A DNA stretch of 64,000 bases, taken from positions 416,001 through 480,000 of the forward strand of contig OZ244048.1 in assembly GCA_965215265.1 (NCBI GenBank). The letters run 5' to 3'. Numbering within the stretch: position 1 is the first letter of the stretch; each line of letters begins with the position of its first letter. The position numbers were made by a program, and so were the translations under genes. Origin of the DNA: Candidatus Poribacteria bacterium. Its GTDB lineage: Bacteria > Poribacteria > WGA-4E > WGA-3G. Of the stretch, positions 17,309 through 27,487 are shown piece after piece. The notes below the pieces were generated by a model. That model was not told the origin of the DNA. It saw only the letters and a program-made list of their open reading frames with translations, and did no database searches.

Positions 17309-20300
17309 ATGAACAAAGAACACATCAGAGAGGCTCTCGCTGCAATATGCACTGGCCCCTTTTTACAAACCGCGAAAAACCTGCTCGCCACGCTCGGCTA
17401 CCGCAGCGATTTGACAGAAGCATTCTCTGGAACAGCCGGCGACTTTATAGAGACTTTCCCCGCATTCAACCCGAACACCCAAACGGAACAAGCCCTCCGA
17501 AACCACGCAGCCTCGATACACTTCATCTTCCAACTCACAGACGCAGAAATAGATGGCGAAACGCAACAGCGGTTAGAACTCTTTGAAGGAAACGATGCGG
17601 AAAGTTTCTTTTTCTTCGCGGTTGAACTAAAAGAGAAAACCTACTCCCGCGGTGCGTACGCAGAATTGACGCGAGAAATCAATAAGCGTCTGATTGTTCC
17701 GACGGTGGTGTTATTTCGTGTGTCAACCCGGCTAACCCTCGGTTTTGTGGGACGCCGTCCACACGAGCACCACCCAGAACGTGATGTTCTCCAACAAGTG
17801 ACACTCATCAAGGATATTCGTCTTGAGGCACCGCACCGTGCGCATTTAGATATCCTCTCTGAACTTTCACGAACAGAATGCCTGAACTGGATGGACGCAA
17901 ATAACAGACAGAAAAACTTAGCCGGACTGCTATCCGCCTGGCTAGCGAAACTCAACACCGAAGCGCTCAATAAGCAGTTCTACCGAAGGTTGTTCAGCTG
18001 GTTTGAGTGGGCAGTGAGGGAAGCGAAGTTCCCGACAGCCGAGCTGAATCCGTTGGGTTCCGAAGCACACATCATCCGGCTCATCACGCGGCTGCTCTTT
18101 ATATGGTTCTTGAAAGAAAAAGGGCTTGTCCCCGAGTGGCTTTTTCAAGATTCCGGGCAGAAAGAGCAGGCGGGCACGCAAAACAACGAGCTGTCTGAAG
18201 AATCTGAACAGAATAGGCAGGTAAGCCTGCAAAACAACCAACAGTCTGAATACCCCCCCCCTTACAGACGTTAAGTCTTCTGCCGAACTCCACGACAGAA
18301 AGCAGCCTGCACGCACACCTCAAAAACTTTGAGCCCGACACATCCGACTACTACCAAGCCATCCTCCAAAACCTATTCTTTGCTACTCTCAACACACCTA
18401 TAAATCAACGCACATTTAGCACACACGATAACCGGAGCCACCGCGACTCAAGCAAATATCGCTATGCTGACCTGCTCCAACAACCCGACACCTTCCTTCA
18501 ACACCTAAAGCACGTCCCATTTGTCAACGGCGGACTGTTTGACTGCCTCGATACCTTTGAGGCAACCGGCGACGGCGGTGTCCGAATAGACTGTTTCTCT
18601 GATAACAAAACAGTTCGGCAAAAATTACACGTCCCCGCAAAACTCTTCTTTGACAAAACACACGGCCTCTTTCCTCTCTTCGCTCACTATAAGTTTACCG
18701 TCGAGGAAAACACACCCATTGAACAAGAAGTCGCGCTCGATCCAGAACTGCTCGGACAGATATTCGAAAACCTGCTCGGCACCTATAACCCCGAAACACA
18801 ATCCACCGCACGCAAAGCCACAGGCTCTTACTACACACCCCGCCAGATTGTCGACTATATGGTAGACGAGGCACTCATCGCATACCTCCTCCAAAACGTC
18901 AAACCCTACGACGGAAACACACAATCCCTTGAAGAACGCCTCCGCGAAGACCTCCTCGCTTACGAATCCCAAGGCAACATTGATGAAGACGCACATCACC
19001 TCATTCATCCAGAGGAAATCCAACCCCTCATTCAGGCAATCGACGCACTCAAAATCATAGATCCAGCCGTCGGCTCCGGGGCTTTCGCTATGGGCATCCT
19101 CAATAAACTCGTGCTCATCCTCCGAAAACTCGACCCGCAGAATCAAAACTGGAAGCAGCGACAACTTCAACAAGCTGAGAACATACCAGATACCCATAGC
19201 CGAGAAAGCGCGAAGCAGGCAATTGAGGCAGTTTTCTCCAAGGCGAATCACTACAACGACTACGGACGTAAACTCTACCTCATCCAAAACGGCCTCTACG
19301 GCATAGATATACAACCCATCGCCGTCACCATAGCAAAACTCCGCTTTTTCATCTCCCTCATCATAGAGCAGATACCCAACCAGAACCCTGACGACAACTA
19401 CGGCATCAGACCCCTCCCCAACTTGGAGACGAAGTTCGTTGCCGCAAACACCCTCATCGGCTTGAAGGGGGCAAAAGAAACGGATTTTCAGCGCTTGCTG
19501 GAAACAGACACCATCCAACAACTCCGCAACGACATTGAAGTCATCCGCGCCAAACACTTCTCCGGCAGCACCCGTCCGCAAAAACTTGAGGCGATGCGAA
19601 AAGAGGAAAAGTGCCGTGAAAAATTGGCACGAGCGCTAAGAACACAGTCGGAACAGTGGACGGTGCAGGAGCAAAGCCGGATATCCCAACAGATTGCGCA
19701 GCTGCCAAAAAAGGAGGCGCGCAACCAACTCCAAGAAAAACTCGAGAAAGCGTATGCAATTCGTCAGCAAAAGCTAACAGCCAGCGTAGAAGAGGCACAG
19801 AAAATCGCAGACTGGAATCCATACAACCAGAACGCCGTCGCCGATTTCTTTGAACCCGCATGGATGTTCGGCATCCACCACGGCTTTCACATCGTCATCG
19901 GCAATCCACCCTACATCCGACACCACAAAATTCACCATCTCAAACCTACCTTGAAAACACAATTTGGTGATTTCTTTACGGGCATGGCAGACATCAGCGT
20001 CTACTTCTACAAACGCGGAGCCGAACTACTACGAGAAGGTGGTTTACTCTCCTACATCTGCACAAACAAGTTTATGCGCAGCGGCTACGGAAAAAAACTA
20101 CGCCAATTCCTAACCGCTGAGATGGCACTAAAAACAATTTTGGATTTCGGCAGCCTTTCCGTCTTTGACGCAGCAGTAAATGCATCCATTCTCCTCGTTC
20201 AAAAGTCGCCACCTACTCCAAACCACACCCTCCATGCGACAACCCTAAGGCATGTTTCAAAGGAATTTAACGTCCGGAAAGCATTTCAAACGCAGGCATT

Positions 20301-21216
20301 CCCGATGCAGCTCGCCTATTTGTCTTCAGAAGAATGGACGTTAGCACGCACAGAAACACTCGCCCTACTACAGAAATTGCAACACACGGGAACATCATTC
20401 AGCGAATCAATACAAGGTCAACTTTATATTGGTATCTTCACCGGATACAATGAAGCATTTATCATAGATGAATCTCTCTGTCAGCAGCTAATAGCAGAGG
20501 ATGCCAAAAGCGCACAACTCATAAAACCTTTACTGCGAGGGCGGAATCTCAAAAAATGGAAAGCGGTATCAGCAAACGAGCACTTGATAGCAATAGCCAG
20601 CAGTGCCAATAAACAGTGGCCCTGGTCAAACGCAGCAAGCGAATCTGAAGCCGAACAGATTTTTGAAAAAACCTATCCAGCAATCCATCGCCATCTAATA
20701 CGCTATAAAGAGCGGCTTTTACCCCGTGATAACCAGGGAAAATTCTATTGGGAGTTGCGTTCGTGCGCCTATTACGACGCGTTCGAAAAGCCGAAGATCA
20801 TCTATCCGGATATTAGCTCATCTATGCGTGCGTGTTATGATACCGCAAACGCTTTTTCCTTACAGACTACCTACATCTTACCTACTGAGGATCTCTCTTT
20901 GCTTGCAATTTTGAACAGCCAACTTTTTGATTGGTATGCCAAATATAAGTTTCAGAGCCTTAACGATCCGTGGATAGGTGGTGGCTTGCGTTTCATTGCT
21001 CAATACATGCGACATGTCCCGATAGCCAATAGAACAGAAGCACAGAAAGCCGCACTCTCACGCCTCGTCGCGCAGATATTGGCAGAACCCAACGGCGATG
21101 CCGTGAACGCACTTGAGAAAGAGATAGATACCTTAGTCTATCAGTTATATGAGTTAACGCCGCAAGAAATTCAACTCATAGAACAGACGTATCGCGACGC
21201 AGGGATGACAGTATGA
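17309..21216 (+). CDS. Type IIG (Eco57I-like) fused restriction-modification enzyme, frameshifted at a C9 tract (18253-18261)
   Basis: The first ORF (17309-18274) carries RLITRLLFIWFLKEKGLVP. The -1 frame is open from 18262 through DYYQAILQNLFF, PFVNGGLF and GSYYTP into the 18859-21216 ORF (DPAVGSGAF, GNPPY, TRD). One extra C gives a single ~1302-aa protein. Confidence 0.88.
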
Positions 21217-21244
21217 AGCACCACGCTCTATATTATAGCAACCC

Positions 21245-21860
21245 ACCAGAATTGCGGTTTGGAGCCAAACATCTGAAGTTACGATATGAGCCGTTTTCAC
21301 GAAAAAAGACGTTGACAAAAAAGCAGAGACGCTGCTATACTTTATCATGAGAAGTCAACAGCCTAAGCAGATAGATAAGGATATCAAGATTTATTTCAAA
21401 CGCGTCTGCTCTAAGTGGCAACGACTTTGGGGCCGAAGCGGCTGTCGGCGATAACCGCCTCCGTTCGTGAATTGGATAGTTTGTAGTCAAACAGAGGCAG
21501 CTGCCAGATAACCCGTTTTCACGAAAGGAACAGATTTTGTATTTTATGAACGCAGTGGTAGTCTACGCTCACGAAAATCCTCGTGAAACTTTTCGTGAAT
21601 TGCATACCACCAACCAAAACAGAGGAAACTACCAGATAAGCCTGTTTCACGAAAAAACGCATGTCGAATCTTCTGAACGCAGTGGTAGTCTACGCTCACG
21701 AAAATCCCTCGTGAAACTTTTCGTGAATTGGAGACTCTGGAGCAAAACAAAGGAAGTTGCGATATGAGCCGTTTCACGAAAGGAACGGATTCTGTATCGT
21801 ATGAACGCAGTGGTAGTCTACGCTCACGAAAACCTCTCGTGAAACTTTTCGTGAATTGCA
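21245..21860. repeat. Tandem array of ~128-bp hairpin-containing repeats
   Basis: Core TGAACGCAGTGGTAGTCTACGCTCACGAAAA..TCGTGAAACTTTTCGTGAATTG at 21547, 21674 and 21802. Each is preceded by GTTT(T)CACGAAA. A longer first unit shares the same ends (21291-21474). Confidence 0.9.
21312..21341 (+). promoter_or_regulatory. Sigma70 promoter with extended -10, pointing into the repeat array
   Basis: TTGACA - 18 nt - TATACT with TG upstream of the -10. An ATG follows 5 nt later (35-codon ORF 21347-21454). Confidence 0.6.
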
Positions 21861-22117
21861 TCCGGTACAGACACACCATTTTTTCCCATTGACAACCACC
21901 GTTCACCCGTAACTCACAATTTAAAAAAAATATCACATTTGTAGTGCCCAAATAGGAGTCGTTCTCCAGCCAAGGCAACCAGATATCGACGTTATCTCAA
22001 TAGCAAAAAAAAAATTCAAATCTGCTTTGCAATTCTATTAAAATTGTGGTAAAATTCACGTGCAATGTCCAGAACACTCTTAATTAAAGCCGTACACTGA
22101 ATTCAAGGAGAAAACTT

Positions 22118-22882
22118 ATGAAAGTCGGTATTCGAGATGGCATGTTACCCGTTTCCTTTGAAGACGCGTTCCAAACCGCACAAAACATTGGGTTCGATGG
22201 CATTGAGCTCTGCCTCGGGGTCAACTACCGCCAACATCCACTCTGGCAAGACGATGCAGTCGATAAGGTGAACCGTTTAGCCGAAGCCGCAGGAATTGAA
22301 GTCGCCTCCCTTTCGCCCGGCGGGTTCACCGCCTACTCATTCATGCACCCAACAGATAGCACACGCAGCGAGGGCATTGCAAAATTGCAATACCTCGCAG
22401 AAATCTGTCCAAAACTCGGCGCAAACGTAATTCTCGTACCTTTCTTCGGAAACGGAGCCATCCAAGAAGAACACATCAACGCAACTCGATTCCTTGACGG
22501 ACTAAAAGCCGCCGCAGAAACCGCTGAAAAACATCACGTCGCACTCGCAATAGAATCTACCCTAACTGCTCAACAACACCTACAGATTATTGATGCCGTC
22601 AAATCACCCGCAGTCGGTGTCTATTACGACATGGGCAACGCAACCGGATTCGGATACGACGCACCCGCTGAAATACGGGAACTAGGCAGCGCAATCGTCC
22701 AAATGCACATTAAAGATACCAGGGGAAACCACGCAGGCGAAGGCGATGTCGACTTCAAAGCCGTTTTTGAAGTCGTCCATGCAATCGAATACGACAGCTG
22801 GTTCGTACTCGAAACACCCGGCAAAGATCAACCCATACAAGCCGCTCGCAAAAACCTTAACTTCGTCAGACAGAATTTCTGA
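22118..22882 (+). CDS. Sugar phosphate isomerase/epimerase (xylose-isomerase-like TIM barrel)
   Basis: GFDGIEL, LAIES, YYDMGN, MHIKD, LET motifs. Confidence 0.88.
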   Translation: MKVGIRDGMLPVSFEDAFQTAQNIGFDGIELCLGVNYRQHPLWQDDAVDKVNRLAEAAGIEVASLSPGGFTAYSFMHPTDSTRSEGIAKLQYLAEICPKLGANVILVPFFGNGAIQEEHINATRFLDGLKAAAETAEKHHVALAIESTLTAQQHLQIIDAVKSPAVGVYYDMGNATGFGYDAPAEIRELGSAIVQMHIKDTRGNHAGEGDVDFKAVFEVVHAIEYDSWFVLETPGKDQPIQAARKNLNFVRQNF

Positions 22883-22938
22883 AAACGCACTACGCTACCA
22901 CAGCAAAACACAGAGAAAAACCGTATTGGAGATGTCTC

Positions 22939-23697
22939 ATGCCACAAACCGACATTTTTCAACCATACATTTTTGGAGAAGAAGAACGGAAAGCACTAGA
23001 CCGGGACGGGCATTTTGTTTTACCACAACTGCTGCTACCACACGCACAGAAAAAACTAACTGAATCCCTCGCACACATACAGAAACTTATACCCGCTGCA
23101 GTGCAAGGCCATGAACCCAACCGATTCGCAGCCGAATTTGATACTTATTTGGAGAGCCTCATCGCACATCCACAAATGCTCCAACTCGCACGCAACGTAC
23201 TTGGAGACGAAATTCGCTTCGACCACTGCGTCACACTGAACCGAAACGGCGGCAATCGTGGAATCGGATGGCACAGCCACGGATACGCAGACGATGAACC
23301 ACGACTAGGATTCCTACGCATCTTCTTCTACGTCAACGGATTTCAACACCAAGATGCCGCATTAAAGGTAGTCCCCGGCAGCCACCTCTTCCGCGACGCT
23401 AAAATTCATGCACAATCTGATCACGAATTGAAGGCAAATTGGATCGCACAAAAGACGCACCCCATAACCCGTAAACCCCTCAAAATCGAAACCTTAACCG
23501 CACTACCAGGAACCGTCGTCTTAATGTGGACACACGCCGCACACGCCGTCACACCCAGAAAACAACACAGTGACACACGCTGGACCGTCGTCTACGCATA
23601 CCGAAACCCCGGCAGAACCTCCGGAGCTAGATGGATAACACCTGAATTTGAGCGTAAACCGATACCCAGCACCGAGAAATTGATGCCACTCTACTAA
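22939..23697 (+). CDS. Phytanoyl-CoA dioxygenase (PhyH) family protein
   Basis: DRDG, WHxH, LKVVPGSH, distal H, RWTV. Confidence 0.8.
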   Translation: MPQTDIFQPYIFGEEERKALDRDGHFVLPQLLLPHAQKKLTESLAHIQKLIPAAVQGHEPNRFAAEFDTYLESLIAHPQMLQLARNVLGDEIRFDHCVTLNRNGGNRGIGWHSHGYADDEPRLGFLRIFFYVNGFQHQDAALKVVPGSHLFRDAKIHAQSDHELKANWIAQKTHPITRKPLKIETLTALPGTVVLMWTHAAHAVTPRKQHSDTRWTVVYAYRNPGRTSGARWITPEFERKPIPSTEKLMPLY

Positions 23698-23858
23698 TAT
23701 AACCCACGATGAGCATAACACCATCTCTTACTAGTCATGAAAAGTATAAGAACCCTCTGCTGTTTATACCAGAGCGAGAGCATAACAACCTTTCACACAA
23801 GACACCCCTCCGGAATCAATCAAAATAATCTTCATCGCAAAACATGCGGAGTTGCTAT

Positions 23859-24686
23859 ATGAACAGTCCAAAAATCATAATCCCACGCACCGAAAGCGAC
23901 AAGCTGCTCGCAATGCCAACACGCGAAGCTGAACAACTCTTCCAAAGTTATGAAAAGCAACAGCAGCTTGATATTATAAACGCAACGCGAAACCCTAGAA
24001 AGCGAGAACAACTCTACTATCTCGTACCTGATTGCACCGAACTCATACAAGAAAGCCCAACCGTCGAAGTCCTCCAAATCCTCGACACGATGCTCGGCAC
24101 AGGACTCGCATCCGCACTGCTACCTTGCCTCTCAAATGAACAATTTGAAGAACTCGTCGATATTGCAGTCTGGCAAGACGGAAAATTAGATCAAGAATCT
24201 CTTAACCTCTGGCTCTTTGAACTCTCTGAATGCGATCGCGACGACCTCGCACGATTCCTCGCAGAACTCGACATCCGACTCCTCGCCGCACTCCTCCACC
24301 AACGCATACTATTGCAAAGCGAATACGCCGCAATGTTCATTGAAGCTGAATACATCGACCCAGGCTCCCCCGCAATTCGCTATCTCGATGAACAAGCAAA
24401 AACCATTAGTCAGGCTATCTGGGAAGCTGACGGCGAGATCTTCCTTATGCTACTACGCGAACTCTTCGCAATTGATGAAGAAGGAGAAGTCGACGACATA
24501 CTCGCTCATACACTCGGTATCGCACAAGCTGACAGACAAGAACGCGTCGAACTACGCGATAAACAGACCGGCATTGATGTCACAGAAGCTGAATTGACAC
24601 AACGCGTAGATCTCAACTCACTCACACTTCAAGACGGAGAAGAAGAAGAGCAGCAGGAGGAAAATGATGATGATGAAACAAAATAA
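23859..24686 (+). CDS. Acidic helical hypothetical protein (DUF6178-like)
   Basis: Long ORF with typical codon usage and a GGAG RBS. 'LVDIAVWQDGKLD...WL' resembles the DUF6178 N-terminus (from memory). Confidence 0.6.
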   Translation: MNSPKIIIPRTESDKLLAMPTREAEQLFQSYEKQQQLDIINATRNPRKREQLYYLVPDCTELIQESPTVEVLQILDTMLGTGLASALLPCLSNEQFEELVDIAVWQDGKLDQESLNLWLFELSECDRDDLARFLAELDIRLLAALLHQRILLQSEYAAMFIEAEYIDPGSPAIRYLDEQAKTISQAIWEADGEIFLMLLRELFAIDEEGEVDDILAHTLGIAQADRQERVELRDKQTGIDVTEAELTQRVDLNSLTLQDGEEEEQQEENDDDETK

Positions 24687-25626
24687 CGCACCAATTGTAC
24701 CAACAACCACCATCGACACCCAGCTGTTCCTCGCACAAGTCCTCGCACACGGAGAGGAAAACGGCACAATCTCACATCTCCAGGCCGAGCAGCTCTATCA
24801 GAACGTCACCGTCATCGCACATAAACTTATTACCATGAAAACCCAAAACCTCGCAGACTTGGCAGGACTACGCACCCAGACGCAAAACGCTTTTACACTC
24901 ATTAGCCTGGGACTTGAATACGGCAGCAACCGAAACCTCCACAAAGCAGCACGACAACTCCTCAAAAACAGAACCGTCCAATTCTTCCAGATTGGCAACA
25001 CTATCACCGACAAAGTCGTAGCACGCGCACGCAAACTCATACAAAGCAAAGGACTTCTTACACCTATCGCCTTCCCCGGCCACAACACCGAAGAATTCAT
25101 TATTTTCAACAAAGCCGAGCACGATTTTTTGAACGCAACGCTCCAATATAGTCTCAACATTCAAACACCCCAAATCACTATTAGAGAAACAATACCATGG
25201 CGCACTATTACACAATTGAACGACATAAAACTCATGGAAAATCAACTCGCATGCCTTGAAAACCGACGCCACTACCTCGCAGCTTTGCCCCTCGAACAAA
25301 TTTTAAAACCCGACACACAAATTTTAAAATCCGACACAATGCTCAACTTCACCTTAAAACCTGTAGAATCAATCACGCTCGGCCTGATCGTCAACCTCAC
25401 GCTCCATCGGCAAATCGATTTACAACTCGACTACGATGCCTTAAACGATTTCACCGAACTCGCTTATACCGACGGGCAAATCTCAAACGCCATTCGACAA
25501 CGATTACTCGACTGGATTAAACAATACCTTGACCAGCACCATCAACCTCACGCAGTACAACAATACGCCGCCGCATACTGGGATGAATGTCTTCATGACT
25601 ATCAACAAATCAGAAAATATCGATGA
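24664..25626 (+). CDS. Hypothetical protein coupled to the upstream gene (DUF6178 C-terminal-like)
   Basis: Overlaps the upstream stop; 'ISLGLE...FFQIG' motif. Confidence 0.6.
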   Translation: MMMMKQNNAPIVPTTTIDTQLFLAQVLAHGEENGTISHLQAEQLYQNVTVIAHKLITMKTQNLADLAGLRTQTQNAFTLISLGLEYGSNRNLHKAARQLLKNRTVQFFQIGNTITDKVVARARKLIQSKGLLTPIAFPGHNTEEFIIFNKAEHDFLNATLQYSLNIQTPQITIRETIPWRTITQLNDIKLMENQLACLENRRHYLAALPLEQILKPDTQILKSDTMLNFTLKPVESITLGLIVNLTLHRQIDLQLDYDALNDFTELAYTDGQISNAIRQRLLDWIKQYLDQHHQPHAVQQYAAAYWDECLHDYQQIRKYR

Positions 25627-25686
25627 AACTCAGCTCTATCTGAGCAAACAAGAAAGGAGGAAAGCAACAAAGCAGGATTCGACTAT

Positions 25687-26391
25687 TTATTCGGACGCAC
25701 CGGCACTTTGGGACGCTCTAAGCGCCTCGCGCGCCTCCGGCACACCCATCTCACTTAAAGCACGCGCTGCCATCCGCGCACGGTCCGCATCAGCACCTGT
25801 CAGAGCAGCCTTGAGAAGCGGAACCGCTGGAACACCGATCGAAACTAGCGCACGAACCACAAGCCGCCGAACGTTCCATTCCGCATCGGTCAGCGCAACA
25901 ATCAGCGCCGGAACAATAACATCATGCGGCCCACCGATTTCGCCCAGCGCATAAGCCACATGAAGCCGCGTCGACGAGGGCCCCGAATCCAACGCAGCAA
26001 TCAACCACGGCACAGCCGGCTCACCCACCTGCTGTAACCCTAGAGAACCGATAATCTGCACGGTTTCATCCGCATCACTCAGCACTGAAATCAACGCTGA
26101 CATAACATCTGCAGGCGGCTCTGCTTCACGGACACCCTCGCAACTCGTTACGGCTATGTCGCTAAGTGTCCAAACCGATGTCTCACGAACTTGGGGATTT
26201 TCATGCGATATCCCCCACATCAGCGCATCAACTGCCGACGGGCCCATTGCCACTAATGCTGCTGCCGCTTCGCTACGCCGCTTCGCATCAGGCGCACCCA
26301 GTTGGGCAACCAACGTCTCCACCGGCGGCTTTTGTGAATGGCACGCTACCAAACATAGCACAACAAATGTGAACAACTGTAAACTTTTCAT
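25687..26391 (-). CDS. HEAT-repeat lipoprotein
   Basis: Lipobox-like LVAC; repeated 'VRxxAxxAL..G.PAVP.L' units. Confidence 0.85.
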   Translation of the reverse strand: MKSLQLFTFVVLCLVACHSQKPPVETLVAQLGAPDAKRRSEAAAALVAMGPSAVDALMWGISHENPQVRETSVWTLSDIAVTSCEGVREAEPPADVMSALISVLSDADETVQIIGSLGLQQVGEPAVPWLIAALDSGPSSTRLHVAYALGEIGGPHDVIVPALIVALTDAEWNVRRLVVRALVSIGVPAVPLLKAALTGADADRARMAARALSEMGVPEAREALRASQSAGASE

Positions 26392-26509
26392 ATAGACTGA
26401 AGTCTAACAGAATTGCACACTTTTCGCAAGTTTCGCAGCTTTATCTAAAACTTATCACAATATAGGAGCATCACGGCCTTCCACAACGCAAGGAAGCCAC
26501 GTAAAAAAT

Positions 26510-27463
26510 ATGCAACTAGAAACCGCTACATTCGGAGCCGGCTGCTTTTGGTGTATAGAAGCAGTCTTTCAACAGTTAGAAGGAGTTCACGAGGTAGTCT
26601 CCGGCTACACCGGCGGCACCACCGCCAACCCTGATTATCGCACAATCTGTACCGGCACGACCGGACACGCTGAAGTCGTTCAGATACGATTCCAGCCAGA
26701 TGTCATCTCTTACACCGAATTGCTCGACGTTTTCTGGCACACACACGACCCAACCACACTGAATCGGCAAGGAGGAGACCACGGCACACAGTACCGTTCC
26801 GCCATTTTCTACCATAATGATGAGCAGCTGAAAATCGCACGACAATCTAAAGCAGATATGGACAACACCGAACTCTGGGATAACCCAATTGTCACCGAAA
26901 TTACGCCTATGGAAACCTTCTATCCCGCTGAAGACTACCATCAGAACTATTTCAAAAACAATCCACGACAACCATACTGTCAATTCGTCATCCAGCCCAA
27001 AATGCAAAAATTCACAGCCGACTTTAAGCACAAACTCAGAACCGACGCTCCCGCCGACGCTCCCACTGACACCCCCGCTACCGATATCACCACCGAACAG
27101 CAGGAATTCTATGATTTGTGGTTAGAAAGTGTGCTTGAACAAGATATTGCATACCATGAGAAATTAGAGACACGAAGCAAAATCCAGCAAGGAATCTTTA
27201 ACATGTTGCGAACACCAGAGTCAGAACGCACCGAGGCACAGCAAGACATTTTCGAGTTGTGGGTAGACATCGCTCTTGGACAAGATATTGCATACTATAA
27301 CGGATTAGAGACACGAAGCGAAATCCTAGAGGAAATCCTTGACGCACTCCAAGCCGTTCAAGCTGCTAGACTAGCGGAATTCCTTAGCGAGTCGGCACAG
27401 CAACCTACACCCACAGAAGAACCTACCGGAACGACAGAGGAACCTGAAACGCCAAACGAATAG
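26510..27463 (+). CDS. msrA: Peptide methionine (S)-sulfoxide reductase with C-terminal repeat extension
   Basis: GCFWC, GHAEVVQ, HDPTTLNRQG, QYRSAIF, AEDYHQNY. Confidence 0.95.
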   Translation: MQLETATFGAGCFWCIEAVFQQLEGVHEVVSGYTGGTTANPDYRTICTGTTGHAEVVQIRFQPDVISYTELLDVFWHTHDPTTLNRQGGDHGTQYRSAIFYHNDEQLKIARQSKADMDNTELWDNPIVTEITPMETFYPAEDYHQNYFKNNPRQPYCQFVIQPKMQKFTADFKHKLRTDAPADAPTDTPATDITTEQQEFYDLWLESVLEQDIAYHEKLETRSKIQQGIFNMLRTPESERTEAQQDIFELWVDIALGQDIAYYNGLETRSEILEEILDALQAVQAARLAEFLSESAQQPTPTEEPTGTTEEPETPNE

Positions 27464-27487
27464 CAAATCCGCAACAGGAGAAATCTA

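Noticed and set aside
18625-19581. 318-aa minus-strand ORF
   Set aside because: Antisense shadow of the Type IIG gene, which has clear motifs on the plus strand.
17309-21216. Two separate genes (321 aa and 785 aa) with a 585-bp intergenic gap
   Set aside because: The gap is an open frame with conserved Type IIG motifs, so this is one gene with a single frameshift.
21500-21860. CRISPR array
   Set aside because: The repeats are ~56 nt or longer, the intervening sequences are homologous to each other rather than unique spacers, and there are no cas genes in the window.
21544-21978. 144-aa and 76-aa ORFs across the repeat array
   Set aside because: They are translations of the DNA repeats (RERRLPLRS recurs), with no protein-like features.
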